Program-made: the position numbers and the translations under genes
Origin: Spirochaetia bacterium
Lineage (GTDB): Bacteria; Spirochaetota; Spirochaetia; UBA9216
Direction of reading: 5' to 3'
DNA: 64,000 bases
NCBI GenBank assembly: GCA_965140585.1
Contig: OZ223269.1
Coordinates: 608,001 to 672,000, forward strand
The notes under the pieces: model-generated
Told to the model about the DNA's origin: nothing
Seen by the model: the letters and a program-made list of their open reading frames with translations, nothing else
Databases searched by the model: none
Shown: piece by piece, positions 8,908-19,212 of the stretch
Numbering within the stretch: position 1 is the stretch's first letter
Layout of the letters: the number at the start of each line of letters is the position of its first letter

Positions 8908-8979
8908 AGAAAAATGCAAATATAAAACTTTAAAATGCAAAATTATTGCAAAAAACAGACTTAGAAGTAATAAAACCCG

Positions 8980-10170
8980 CTATACAGGAAGTTCCCTGAC
9001 TATTTTATCAATATTCCAGCCTTCATTTACTGCTTTTTCATAAATCTTGGCCCTTGGTTTATCATTGGTCATAATTACCCCGGCTGCAGCAGATTCTTTA
9101 AAAAACCATCGCTGTTGAACTGAGGTTCCAATGAAGGATTCAAATTGCAAGTTGCCAGCGGCAGAATAATTCTGACTGAAGAAGAAACTTCCGAATAATT
9201 CACATTTCAGCCTGAAAGTTTTACTTCCTATTGATTCTTTTTTACCGCACATATTGTTCCCCGCAGTTATTCCCATGTATTCTGCAGAATGCCATAGCCC
9301 GGCAGGGTTCTGTAATCCGTACTGTGCACAATCTCCGGCTGCAAATATTCCAGGAACACTGGTTTCACAGTGTTCATTAACAACAATGCCTTTGTCGGTT
9401 TTTAATCTGGCATTTTTTGCAAGCAGCGTCCGGGCTTCAATTCCGCAGGATGTGACAAGTAAATCTGAGTGGAGCCGCTTTTCTCCAATACTGATTTCAT
9501 ACCCCGGTTTAGCGCTCCAGGAAATATTATAAGCATCTGTAGACAGGTAGAGGTTAACTCCTTTCCCTGTAAGAAGATTTTCAATTTCACGGCTGTAATC
9601 TGCAGGGAAATATTTCTTTAACAGATGGTTGTTCCGGCAGATAAGGTTAACTTCTTTTTCTTTCAGAATGCACTGCTCCGCTATTTCTGCACTCTGAACA
9701 CCTCCTCCGATAATCGTGACTGATTCGGCATCGTTGAGTTTATTCATGAAGTTTATTGTCTCTGTCTTTGTTCTGATATAATACGAGGGTACTCCGCTCG
9801 ATTTTATAAAATCAGGAATTAGTGGATCTGCTCCTGTGGCAAGCAGAAGGCTGCCGTAGCTGATGATTTTATCACCGTTGAGAATCACTTTTTTATCCGG
9901 AATCAGAATGGAATCGACAGAAACTCCTGAGATATATTCTATTCGGTTTTCGGCATACCATTCCTCCGGATGAAGCAGGAAGTCTGTTTCACTGAATCCC
10001 TCCGCGATATGTTTATCAATATTTGTGCGTTTGTAAGGATGACCAGCTTCAGATGAAATCATCAGGATATCAGCATCACTATTTAAAGTTCTGATTGTTT
10101 CTGCTGCTCTGGTGCCTGCTATCCCGGAGCCGATTATTATATGATCGTATATGGTTCTCAAATTCAACAT
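8980..10170 (-). CDS. FAD/NAD-dependent oxidoreductase (rubredoxin reductase/NirB N-terminal-like)
   Basis: IIGSGIAG, LLATGA, IIGGG, TSVPGIFAAGD. Confidence 0.85.
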   Translation of the reverse strand: MLNLRTIYDHIIIGSGIAGTRAAETIRTLNSDADILMISSEAGHPYKRTNIDKHIAEGFSETDFLLHPEEWYAENRIEYISGVSVDSILIPDKKVILNGDKIISYGSLLLATGADPLIPDFIKSSGVPSYYIRTKTETINFMNKLNDAESVTIIGGGVQSAEIAEQCILKEKEVNLICRNNHLLKKYFPADYSREIENLLTGKGVNLYLSTDAYNISWSAKPGYEISIGEKRLHSDLLVTSCGIEARTLLAKNARLKTDKGIVVNEHCETSVPGIFAAGDCAQYGLQNPAGLWHSAEYMGITAGNNMCGKKESIGSKTFRLKCELFGSFFFSQNYSAAGNLQFESFIGTSVQQRWFFKESAAAGVIMTNDKPRAKIYEKAVNEGWNIDKIVRELPV

Positions 10171-10227
10171 ATGCTTAATATAAGATCTGAAATATTCTTT
10201 ATCAAGAAAACTATGAACAGAAAAAAA

Positions 10228-11568
10228 TTATAGGTTAATCTGTATAATACAGTTAAAGCCGGCGCCCTCCGGAAAATCAATACTGCCGTTAAGCTGTCTT
10301 GTAACAATGGAATCAAGAAGTCTTAACCCTAATGTAATGCCGCCGGCCTCAGACGGGGGAGTGCTAAGTCCGGGACCGTTATCTGAATAGCTTATAAGTA
10401 CTGCAGTTTCAGAGGTTTTATTTAACGAAAATCGGATTTCAGGGTTTTCAACATTGGAAAAAGCATGTTTTATAGAGTTTGTTACAAGCTCTACAATTAT
10501 TAGTCCAAGCTGAATTGATTCATCTATTTTCATATTTATTTCATCTATATCGGTTTTACAGGTAATCCGCTTGTCTTTCGGATTATAACCCGATACAAGT
10601 TTTTCAAATAACTCTCCGCAGTAATGCTTCAAATTTACTTCGGAAAGGTTGTCTGAACGATAAAGCATTGTATGAACCATAGACATGGCAGATATACGGC
10701 TTTCCGTTTCTTTTAGAACTTCCTGAATATCCGGGTTATCTTCCAGCCTCTGCGCCTGTAGAGCGAGCATTGAGTGAATTATCTGCATGTTGTTTTTGGT
10801 CCGGTGATGAAGCTCTCTCAAAAGTGTCTCTTTGTCATCAAGAGCTTTAGTTATGATTAAATATGATGAAGATATTCTGGTATACATTGTATTTAGTATG
10901 GCAGTAATATCATCAAGTTCATCATTTCCGGCTTTTATATTTTTATCCCGTTTTAAAATAAGTTTTTCCCCGGGCGGGTTGTCCAGCTCAATATTACCGA
11001 TAAATGATGTAATATAGCGGAGATGTCTGAATACCTGTCTGTCGATAATTAGAAAAATAAAGGCACCAAGTAAAAGCGATCTGATAAGATTCAGTCCAAG
11101 ACTTGTGAGAAATCTCTGTACCCGTATTGACTGAATTGGTTCAAGTGAAGCATACAGCTTCATAATCCCGAGTTCTCGCTCTTCACCCATAAAAACATAG
11201 GTCAGTTTCCACTCCCTTTCAAGGTAATCAGACCTGGGCATGATTCCTGAATAGTAGCGGATAAATGTTTCATCTCCGATTATTTCAGAGATCTCCAGAA
11301 AATTAAATTCCGGAATACTCGTTATTCCATCCAGCATCAGTGAGACCTGCTGGTTATCCAGATAGAAAAGACTGTAGTTTATAGTTGGGAGAAAACTGTT
11401 CTCAACGATGGTAAACAGATTTTTAATTCTTTTTAAATCTCTTCTGTAATCAAGATTGACCTGTATTGCTGTAAAAATGACTGAAAACAGCAGACTGCAG
11501 AAAATAATGATGAGTGTAGTTTTGCCGGTTAAACCGCTGAGTATGTAATTTCTGTTTACTTTTTTCAA
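10228..11568 (-). CDS. Membrane sensor histidine kinase, HisKA_2/HWE type
   Basis: Two TM segments, HAMP-like linker, ELHHRTKNNMQ H-box, ELVTNSIKHAF, DNGPG. Confidence 0.9.
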   Translation of the reverse strand: MKKVNRNYILSGLTGKTTLIIIFCSLLFSVIFTAIQVNLDYRRDLKRIKNLFTIVENSFLPTINYSLFYLDNQQVSLMLDGITSIPEFNFLEISEIIGDETFIRYYSGIMPRSDYLEREWKLTYVFMGEERELGIMKLYASLEPIQSIRVQRFLTSLGLNLIRSLLLGAFIFLIIDRQVFRHLRYITSFIGNIELDNPPGEKLILKRDKNIKAGNDELDDITAILNTMYTRISSSYLIITKALDDKETLLRELHHRTKNNMQIIHSMLALQAQRLEDNPDIQEVLKETESRISAMSMVHTMLYRSDNLSEVNLKHYCGELFEKLVSGYNPKDKRITCKTDIDEINMKIDESIQLGLIIVELVTNSIKHAFSNVENPEIRFSLNKTSETAVLISYSDNGPGLSTPPSEAGGITLGLRLLDSIVTRQLNGSIDFPEGAGFNCIIQINL

Positions 11569-12710
11569 TTTTTATATGGCTCCCCGGTGATGTTCAGCAG
11601 TTTAAAATAATTACTTAGTGAGAAATCGTAATGAGGTTTCTCCGGATTAAAAATTTTGGAGAAAGTTTTAAAATCGATTGCAGCATAATCAGTATATAAA
11701 CGGTTTATATCGTTATAATTTTTAAAATCGGCACCTATTATTTCCGGGATGATTATAGTGCCGGTGTCTGAGGAGAAATCAATTCCATTAAGATAATCAT
11801 AAATATAGACAAGAATTTCCGCCCAATAGAGCATACTGCTTCCAAATGTGCATGAGATGTTTCCGTAACGTATGTGTTTCAGGCCCTCAGATGATAAGTC
11901 ACAGCCTCCTGTAAGCAGTTTACGGTTATGTAACGTCTGATATGTATAGATTGCATCCGAAGCTCCTATTGCAAGCTGGTCACTTGCAGCCCATACGACA
12001 TTAACATCCTGGTATCTCTGCAGAAGGGTATAGGTTTTTTCCCGTCCGTCATTTCTGCTCCAGAAAGTAGGCGCTGTCTGATAAAGCTGGGCACTGGGAG
12101 ATTCTGATACTGCCTGAAGAAGCCCCATCTCTCTTAATTCTGAACCATACCAGCCTTTATCTCCGTTAAGACCAATTATCTTTACTGAGCCATCCTCTGC
12201 TGTTAGACCTTGCATAAGAGAGTTTTTGATAAGATATTTTGTAAGCAGATATGCTTTCTTCTGCTCATCCTGATAAAAATAACCTATCCAGTGTTTATAT
12301 TTTCTTCGCGGAATGGAACCGATTCCTGCCAGCTCATCCGGAGGAAGCGGCCCCTGAATAAGTACAGGAATTTCAAGTGCTTCCGCTGTATCCAGAAGTA
12401 TTTGACTTTGGCCGAATGTAGAGCCTATTACGGCAGCATCAACATGGGGTTCAGCTGATAAGGCATTAACTCCTTCGTTTAATATAGCAAAACGATCATC
12501 GACATTAAATTCATATTTGAGTATTTGAACACCCAGATCTTCTGCTGCTGTTTCCAGAATTCTGTAGACCTGAGGCCAGTACGTATTATTTTCAGATGTT
12601 GAAGTCAGAAAGGCTATTCGCAGAGTTACTGATGGTTCTGCGGCAGTCATTAATAAGGGTACCGAAAATATAAATAAACTAATAATAAAACGCCGGATAT
12701 TTTTAATCAC
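11565..12710 (-). CDS. Periplasmic sugar-binding-like protein (type 1 PBP)
   Basis: Signal peptide; ETAAEDLGV, SELREMGL, VVWAASDQLAIGA. Overlaps the kinase start. Confidence 0.75.
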   Translation of the reverse strand: MIKNIRRFIISLFIFSVPLLMTAAEPSVTLRIAFLTSTSENNTYWPQVYRILETAAEDLGVQILKYEFNVDDRFAILNEGVNALSAEPHVDAAVIGSTFGQSQILLDTAEALEIPVLIQGPLPPDELAGIGSIPRRKYKHWIGYFYQDEQKKAYLLTKYLIKNSLMQGLTAEDGSVKIIGLNGDKGWYGSELREMGLLQAVSESPSAQLYQTAPTFWSRNDGREKTYTLLQRYQDVNVVWAASDQLAIGASDAIYTYQTLHNRKLLTGGCDLSSEGLKHIRYGNISCTFGSSMLYWAEILVYIYDYLNGIDFSSDTGTIIIPEIIGADFKNYNDINRLYTDYAAIDFKTFSKIFNPEKPHYDFSLSNYFKLLNITGEPYKN

Positions 12711-12873
12711 AACTGATAAAAGTTTAGTGTAAAAATATGATAAAATTCAAATAAAAATTTGAAAAAAATTATTAAAACCATGGATGTGAAATTTGTGTCT
12801 TTTGTACAGTTTTATAAACTAAATAATTCAAGTTTCATTGACCTGTATATAAGTTTTGTTTTAGGTTCAATGT

Positions 12874-13521
12874 ATGAAGTTTAAAGCAGTAATTTTTGAT
12901 CTTGACGGAACATTGCTCAATACGCTCGGGGACATTTCAGATTCAGTTAATTTTGCTCTGGAAAAAAACGGATTATCCCCATATTCCGAGGAAGAATACA
13001 GAAAAATGGTCGGTCACGGCTTAAAGTCACTGGTCAGAGAAGCCCTGGGGTCTGATAATACAGATTTACAGGATAGAGTATATAAACAGCTTATGGTTTA
13101 TTATCGGGAGAATTGTATTAACAGGACTTCAATCTATGATGGAATACCAGAGCTTCTTGATATCCTGACCGATCGCGGTGTATCTATGTCAATTTTATCA
13201 AATAAAGAAGATGAGCTTGTTCAGAAAATCACAGCAAAACTCTTATCCGGGTGGAAATTTGAATATATTCAAGGCACAAAGACTGATATAGCCAGAAAGC
13301 CTGATCCTCAGGCTGCCCTGATTGCCGTGAACCGAATGAATTCCACTATCGAGAATACTCTCTTTATAGGCGACAGTGAGGTAGATATCCAGACTGCAAA
13401 AAATGCCGGTTTAAAATCGGCCGCCGTATGCTGGGGCTTCCGGGATACCAAGCAGCTTAAGCAGTCTTTTCCGGATATTATAGCCCACAGCCCTCATCAT
13501 CTTGCCCGGTTAATATTGTAG
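12874..13521 (+). CDS. HAD-family phosphatase (phosphoglycolate phosphatase-like)
   Basis: FDLDGTL, LSNK, KPDP, FIGDSEVD. Confidence 0.9.
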   Translation: MKFKAVIFDLDGTLLNTLGDISDSVNFALEKNGLSPYSEEEYRKMVGHGLKSLVREALGSDNTDLQDRVYKQLMVYYRENCINRTSIYDGIPELLDILTDRGVSMSILSNKEDELVQKITAKLLSGWKFEYIQGTKTDIARKPDPQAALIAVNRMNSTIENTLFIGDSEVDIQTAKNAGLKSAAVCWGFRDTKQLKQSFPDIIAHSPHHLARLIL

Positions 13522-13593
13522 ATTAAAAAATTGCATCTGATAATTTAAAAAACTATACTTTAAGTCAGTAACGCTTAATCAGTGGAAAACTTA

Positions 13594-15318
13594 ATGTATG
13601 AAAGAATTGTCAAAAGTATAAAACTATTTTACAAATATAAAAATTTCCCGATCATAGTATTGCTCAGTATTTTGGGAGTCTTCATAACAATATAATTCAT
13701 ATTGCTTGAAAAACAGTCTATTGAGGTTGAAAGTAATGCACAGCTTGAAGGTCTTACTGACAGTATTCACAATCAGATTTTAAATAATTTTGACTACTAT
13801 TATGCGATGCTGGAATTGATAGTAAAGTTCTCATTGCAAGATATGGAGTCAACCCCTGGAATCTATGCTCATATTTCCCAACAGCTCCTTGATGTTGTAA
13901 ATCAGCATCCGCAGTTCGATCAACTGAGATACATTGATTCAGAGACAAATGAGCGTATAAGAATTAATCGTGATTCAGGCGATGTATATATTGTCCCGCC
14001 GGAGCAATTACAGAATAAAGGTGATCGTTATTATTTTGCAGAAGCAGTTGCTCAGCCGTTGTGGTCTCTTTATGTGTCTCCAATTGATCTGAATATTGAA
14101 AATGGTAAAATTGAGGAACCATGGATGCCTACAATCTGATTTGCAATTCCTGTTCCTGATCCTGAAACAGGTGAAGCGTCCATTTTTATACTCAACATTG
14201 ACCTTTCCGATCTGTTAAACAGCCTTGATTCAATTTCTGAAGAAAACCGGACGCTTCTTATAAATAAACATGGTTATTATCTTAGGGGAGTAGAGATCTT
14301 CAAACTCTGGGGATTTATGTTTAATAATAATGAAAACCTCAAGACTGATATGCCGGTTTTATGGCGGGAGATTGAAATGCATGATAGCGGTATTCTAACA
14401 CTGCAAAATCAGGTCAATTCCTACCGTCATCTAAAACTGTATAATGAGACAATTGAAAAAAGAATTGATACCGAATATTTAAATGATAAAGTGGAAATGA
14501 TCCTGATCATACAGTCCAGGATCAACTATTTTCACGGGCATTATCTTGATGAATTGCTTATATTGGTTCTAGGTATATCTTTTCAGCTGATTATCTGGAT
14601 TTGGGCTGTAATAGGTGTTGCGCATGAAATAAACACCTCTTTTGGGGCTTCTGTTACTGCCGTGACTGCTGCTTCAGAATATTTAAATCAGTTTTCTAAA
14701 CAGATAAACTCAGGGTATATCAGAAAAGAAAATCTCGACCAATTTATTGAACGTTCTGGTCTCGCATTAAATCTTATAGAAAAAAGTCTTGATAAGCTGT
14801 CAGCAATTGTTATGAAGTTTAAACAGATTCCTTCAGGATTTGAAGACGAACAGATATTGAAAGTAAAATTTCCGGATTTCATATATGACATAATAAAGGC
14901 TATGGAACCGGAGTACCGGGATAAAAAAATCGATATTTCAATATCCTGTGTGAAAAAATTTGAAATCCTGACATATCCGAATGCTCTCTCCAAAGTGGTT
15001 GTTCAGATAATTAACAATTCTGTCAGGCATGGTTTTGAACACAGGGAATCCGGGAATATAAATATAAAAATTGGTATTACAGGCAGACTTGTTACATTCG
15101 TGTTCATGGATAATGGAAAAGGTATATCGAGAGATAACTTAGAAAAAAATTTTGAACCTTTTTACTCTGATGGAAGGAGGATGACAGGCTCCAGTCTTGG
15201 ATTGAATATTATTAACACTATTATTGTTGCATTATTCAGGGGAAAACTTAAAATTAAAAGCAGGGAAGGTCAGTACACCACGATTATCTTTAATTTTCCT
15301 GTTGATTCGAGAAATTAA
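13594..15318 (+). pseudogene. Disrupted Cache-domain sensor histidine kinase
   Basis: One frame from ATG 13594 to TAA 15318, broken by in-frame TAA (13693) and TGA (14137, PTI*FAIP). Contains LQNKGDRYYF and VSPIDLNIENG Cache motifs and a GVAHEINT H-box. Promoter TTGCAT-17-TATACT at 13531-13559. Confidence 0.8.
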
Positions 15319-15339
15319 ATAGTTTTATAGAGGTTTAGT

Positions 15340-16155
15340 ATGGCAGAGAGTGATAATTACATAAAAATTTTAGATGATTCACCCGATTAAATCGAAACAT
15401 CAGCTTTAAATCTTCCATCAAACGAGTGGAATATTCTTATCGTGGATGATGAAAAAATAATACATTCAGTAACTTAACTTGCAATAGAGTATGAAACAAT
15501 ATTCGGCTCTCCTATTAAACTATACCATACTTACAGTCGTAACCAGGCTCTTGAAATTTTAAAATCCGGGATGGAATTTGCTGTCGCCTTTATAGATATT
15601 GTAATGGAGACAGAAGATGCAGGACTTCTGCTTATAAAAGATATCAGGGAAATGGGATTCAAAGCGGTCCGCTTAATAATAAGAACAGGGCAGCCTGGCT
15701 ATGCACCCGAACGGGATGTCATTATTAATTATGATATAAACGATTATAAGACTAAAGCGGATCTTACAAAACTGAAGCTTCTTACGGTTCTGGTAACTGC
15801 GATACGCTCTTACCGCCAGCTTTTATCGGTAATGAATGCAAGGAAGGGGCTTGAACTTATTGTCAGCGCGTCAGTCGATCTCTTCAGGATGACTAATATT
15901 GAGATGTTTGCAAACGGAATACTCACACAGATTACCAGCCTGCTTGGGCAGCAGACCAGCGGGTTTGTCGCGACTCTTTCTCCTGAAGAAGTAGAAGAAG
16001 ATATAAGAAATTTCAGAATTCTCTGTGCTTCCGGAAATTATAAAAATCTGCTTAAAAAGTCTATGAATGAAATTGATAATTCGCTGATTGAAAATATGTT
16101 TTACCGGACACGCACAGAGGACATTGTATCAGATGATCTTGGAAATATTTCATGA
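15340..16155 (+). pseudogene. Disrupted REC-DUF3369-like N-terminal half of a c-di-GMP enzyme
   Basis: ATG 15340 behind GAGG; in-frame TAA at 15388 and 15475 around WNILIVDDE; IRTGQPGYAPE and YDINDYKTK motifs; frame change near 16152. Confidence 0.8.
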
Positions 16156-17579
16156 ATATACGTACTTCTTATGGTGAAGATGCTTTTGTGTTCATATCAA
16201 GCGGATTTGAATTAACAGATGATAATGTGTCATTACTTAAGGTGTTTGCCACAAATATTTTTGCCTGTTTCAATAACATCAATCTGATCCGCAGACTTGA
16301 TGATTATGCATTTAGAGATATTACTACTGGACTTCCCAACATTAATGCAATCCGAAATAAAATTGATGAGCATATTCAGAAATTACAGCCAAATGTTTCA
16401 CTATGTCTTGTTCATATACAGGGGCTGGGAAAACTCTATAGCATGTTTAACCAGGAGAAATTCAATGAAGTATTTATGGGAGCATATAAATACCTGGAGC
16501 AGCATTTTAAACATGCAACCATGATCGGCAGGATGAGTCTCAGTGATTTTGCAGTGGTTTCTGAAAAGGAGGAAGGATACAGTGAGCAGAAGGCTCTCCC
16601 GAACATTATTACTTATAGTCAGGATAATGAACAATCCATAACTCTGACTACTACCAACGCTATCATAAAGCCTAAAAAAAGCGAAAAACTTTCTGCTGAT
16701 GAAATAATACAGCGTGCTTCTGTTACTCTTATTCATGCAAAAGAAGTTTCAAGAGGTCAAACGGTTGAATATACCGAGGAACTAACCGAATCAGTCTCTG
16801 AATCAATCCATCTTCAATACCAGCTGAGGCAATCGTTCAGTCAGGATTTACCTTTTATCAAGGTTTTCCTGCAGCCAAAATTTAATGCCTCTACAGATGA
16901 AATTATTGGTGCAGAGGCTCTTTCCAGATGGTCTGTAGATACTATGAGCATTTCTCCTAATGTTTTTATTCCGGTAATTGAACAAAGCGGTTTTTCAGAT
17001 AAGCTGATAGATTTAATTATACGGGAAATAGGAATCTGGAATCGAAACAGAGTAAAAGATAAACTTCCTCTTCTTCCGGTCTCGGTAAATTTGAGTATGA
17101 ATGATTTAAAAATACCCGGTTACGCCGAAAGGCTAATTGAAAAGACAGAAAAATATGATGTAAAACCGGAGATGCTGGAGTTTGAGATAACTGAAGGTGT
17201 TCTTATGAGCAATAAGGATCAGACTATAAAAGAATTGCGTAATATAAAAGAGAGCGGTTTTCGAATTGCAATCGATGATTTCGGAACGGGCTTTTCTTCA
17301 CTGAGTTATCTTGAATATCTGCCTATTGATATCCTGAAAATTGATAAGACTTTTGTTGATCGAATTGATTCAAAACATGCGAAACACAGCATTGCATTTA
17401 TGATAATTAATCTTGCAGAGAGCTTGAACCTTGAGGTTATAGCCGAAGGTGTAGAAACATTTGAGCAGGTGCAGATACTTCAGTTTATGGGCTGTGAAAT
17501 ATTTCAGGGATATTATTTTGGTAAACCAGTAAATATATATGATTTTTGCAGGACTTATTCCCAAGAGCCAGACAGTTAA
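16152..17579 (+). CDS. Degenerate GGDEF + EAL phosphodiesterase (C-terminal remnant of the preceding gene)
   Basis: GGDEF degenerate (SLSDF); EAL motifs intact (GAEALSRW, EITEG, IDDFGTGFSSL, EGVET). Confidence 0.75.
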   Translation: MNIRTSYGEDAFVFISSGFELTDDNVSLLKVFATNIFACFNNINLIRRLDDYAFRDITTGLPNINAIRNKIDEHIQKLQPNVSLCLVHIQGLGKLYSMFNQEKFNEVFMGAYKYLEQHFKHATMIGRMSLSDFAVVSEKEEGYSEQKALPNIITYSQDNEQSITLTTTNAIIKPKKSEKLSADEIIQRASVTLIHAKEVSRGQTVEYTEELTESVSESIHLQYQLRQSFSQDLPFIKVFLQPKFNASTDEIIGAEALSRWSVDTMSISPNVFIPVIEQSGFSDKLIDLIIREIGIWNRNRVKDKLPLLPVSVNLSMNDLKIPGYAERLIEKTEKYDVKPEMLEFEITEGVLMSNKDQTIKELRNIKESGFRIAIDDFGTGFSSLSYLEYLPIDILKIDKTFVDRIDSKHAKHSIAFMIINLAESLNLEVIAEGVETFEQVQILQFMGCEIFQGYYFGKPVNIYDFCRTYSQEPDS

Positions 17580-17635
17580 AAGTAAGAGCTTAAATCTACT
17601 TTATTAATCGTTTTATTCAATGTATTCTCTATTTT

Positions 17636-18706
17636 ATGAGCAGGCTTATTGTTTTCACCGGCGGAGGTACCGCCGGACATGTTTATCCCGGCTTGGCTGT
17701 AATTGAAAAGCTTCGCGAGCAGGATCCCGAAGTTGAAGTTTTGTGGATAGGGTCCTCAGGAGGGATGGAAAAAGCTCTGGTTGAAGAAGCCGGTGTCCAG
17801 TTTATAGGAGTACCATCAGGAAAGCTCCGCAGATATTTCTCGTTAAAAAATATCAGCGATCTTTTCAGAATAACTGCAGGTTTTATTAAATCTGTCAGTC
17901 TCCTGAAGAAACTTAAACCCGTTCTGATATTTTCAAAAGGCGGTTTTGTAAGTGTTCCTCCGGTTATTGCCGGAAGTTTTCTCAAAATACCGGTTATTTC
18001 ACATGAATCTGATGTCACACCAGGGCTTGCAACAAAGATAAACAGCAGGTTTTCTGAGAAAATACTTACAGCGTACCCTGTCACTGAAAAATATCTGGCA
18101 GGTTTAAATACTGAAACCGCAGGAAACCCCGTACGAAGCGCCATAAGAAAGGCAGACGCCAAAAAAGGCCGGAGCTGGGCTGCAGCAGGGGAGAGGCCTG
18201 TTATACTAATCCTCGGAGGCAGCCAGGGAGCCTTGCAGATAAATCTTCTGATACAGGAAATTGCAGGGAAGCTTGCAGAAAAATATACAGTAGTTCATCA
18301 GATGGGAAGTCTGACTTTCAAAGCCTCTGAACTGGAAAACTATATAACAAAGGAATTTATAAAAGAAGAACTTCCTGATATAATAGCAGCGGCAGATCTG
18401 GTAATCAGCAGGGCGGGGGCTTCTGCTCTTTGGGAATTTTCAGCGCTTGCAAAACCGATGATTCTTATTCCGCTTGGAACAGCCGGAAGCCGCGGTGATC
18501 AGATTCTTAATGCTGAGATCTTCAGCGAGGCCGGAGCCGCAGAGGTCCTGTCGGGTGAAATACAGGCCGGGGAACTTCTGAAACTTATTGAAAATATCAT
18601 GAGTGATGATTCAAGGCGCAAGATTATGTCTGAAAAATCTGGAGCAATGTCAGCGGGAGACCCTGCTGTGTTAATAGCGAAAAAAATATTAGAAAGGATT
18701 GAATAA
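17636..18706 (+). CDS. murG: UDP-GlcNAc:lipid I N-acetylglucosamine transferase
   Basis: TGGGTAGHV, SKGGFVS, GNPVR, GGSQGA, SRAGA, DQILNA. Confidence 0.95.
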   Translation: MSRLIVFTGGGTAGHVYPGLAVIEKLREQDPEVEVLWIGSSGGMEKALVEEAGVQFIGVPSGKLRRYFSLKNISDLFRITAGFIKSVSLLKKLKPVLIFSKGGFVSVPPVIAGSFLKIPVISHESDVTPGLATKINSRFSEKILTAYPVTEKYLAGLNTETAGNPVRSAIRKADAKKGRSWAAAGERPVILILGGSQGALQINLLIQEIAGKLAEKYTVVHQMGSLTFKASELENYITKEFIKEELPDIIAAADLVISRAGASALWEFSALAKPMILIPLGTAGSRGDQILNAEIFSEAGAAEVLSGEIQAGELLKLIENIMSDDSRRKIMSEKSGAMSAGDPAVLIAKKILERIE

Positions 18707-19206
18707 TGGATATTGGAAGTTTTCACGTATTACCTATAGATATCTTTTTTACAATAGTCATTCTGTTTATGACTATCAAGGCCATAGTCCGGGGATTTGT
18801 TACCGAGTTTATGAGTCTTGCTGCAGTCGGTCTGGGAATAATTCTAGGTGCGCTGCTTTCCGGTCCTCTTGGAGAGTTTATCAGTCAGAAATTCGGACAT
18901 ACAAACTGGAATCAGGTAATAGCATTCTTGCTGATTTTTCTGGTGACTTATATTCTCACAAAGATTTTTGAAAACGGACTTAATGCACTTGTTAACAAAA
19001 TCAATCTGGATAAACTTGATAAATCACTCGGCCTTTTTTTTGGTCTTGCAGAAGGCTTTGCCCTTGTAGTGATTATGCTTTTTATTATCAATATTCAGCC
19101 GCTTTTCAATGTTGAGAAAGTTAAGGCTGAAAGCTGGTATTACAACAGTTTTCAGCAGTTTATTGATGATGGAAGTTCCGCCATCGAGGAGACAATAAAA
19201 GCTTAG
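18706..19206 (+). CDS. cvpA: CvpA family membrane protein
   Basis: RGFVTE and LDKSLGLFFG motifs; four TM helices. Confidence 0.85.
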   Translation: MDIGSFHVLPIDIFFTIVILFMTIKAIVRGFVTEFMSLAAVGLGIILGALLSGPLGEFISQKFGHTNWNQVIAFLLIFLVTYILTKIFENGLNALVNKINLDKLDKSLGLFFGLAEGFALVVIMLFIINIQPLFNVEKVKAESWYYNSFQQFIDDGSSAIEETIKA

Positions 19207-19212
19207 CTGTTT

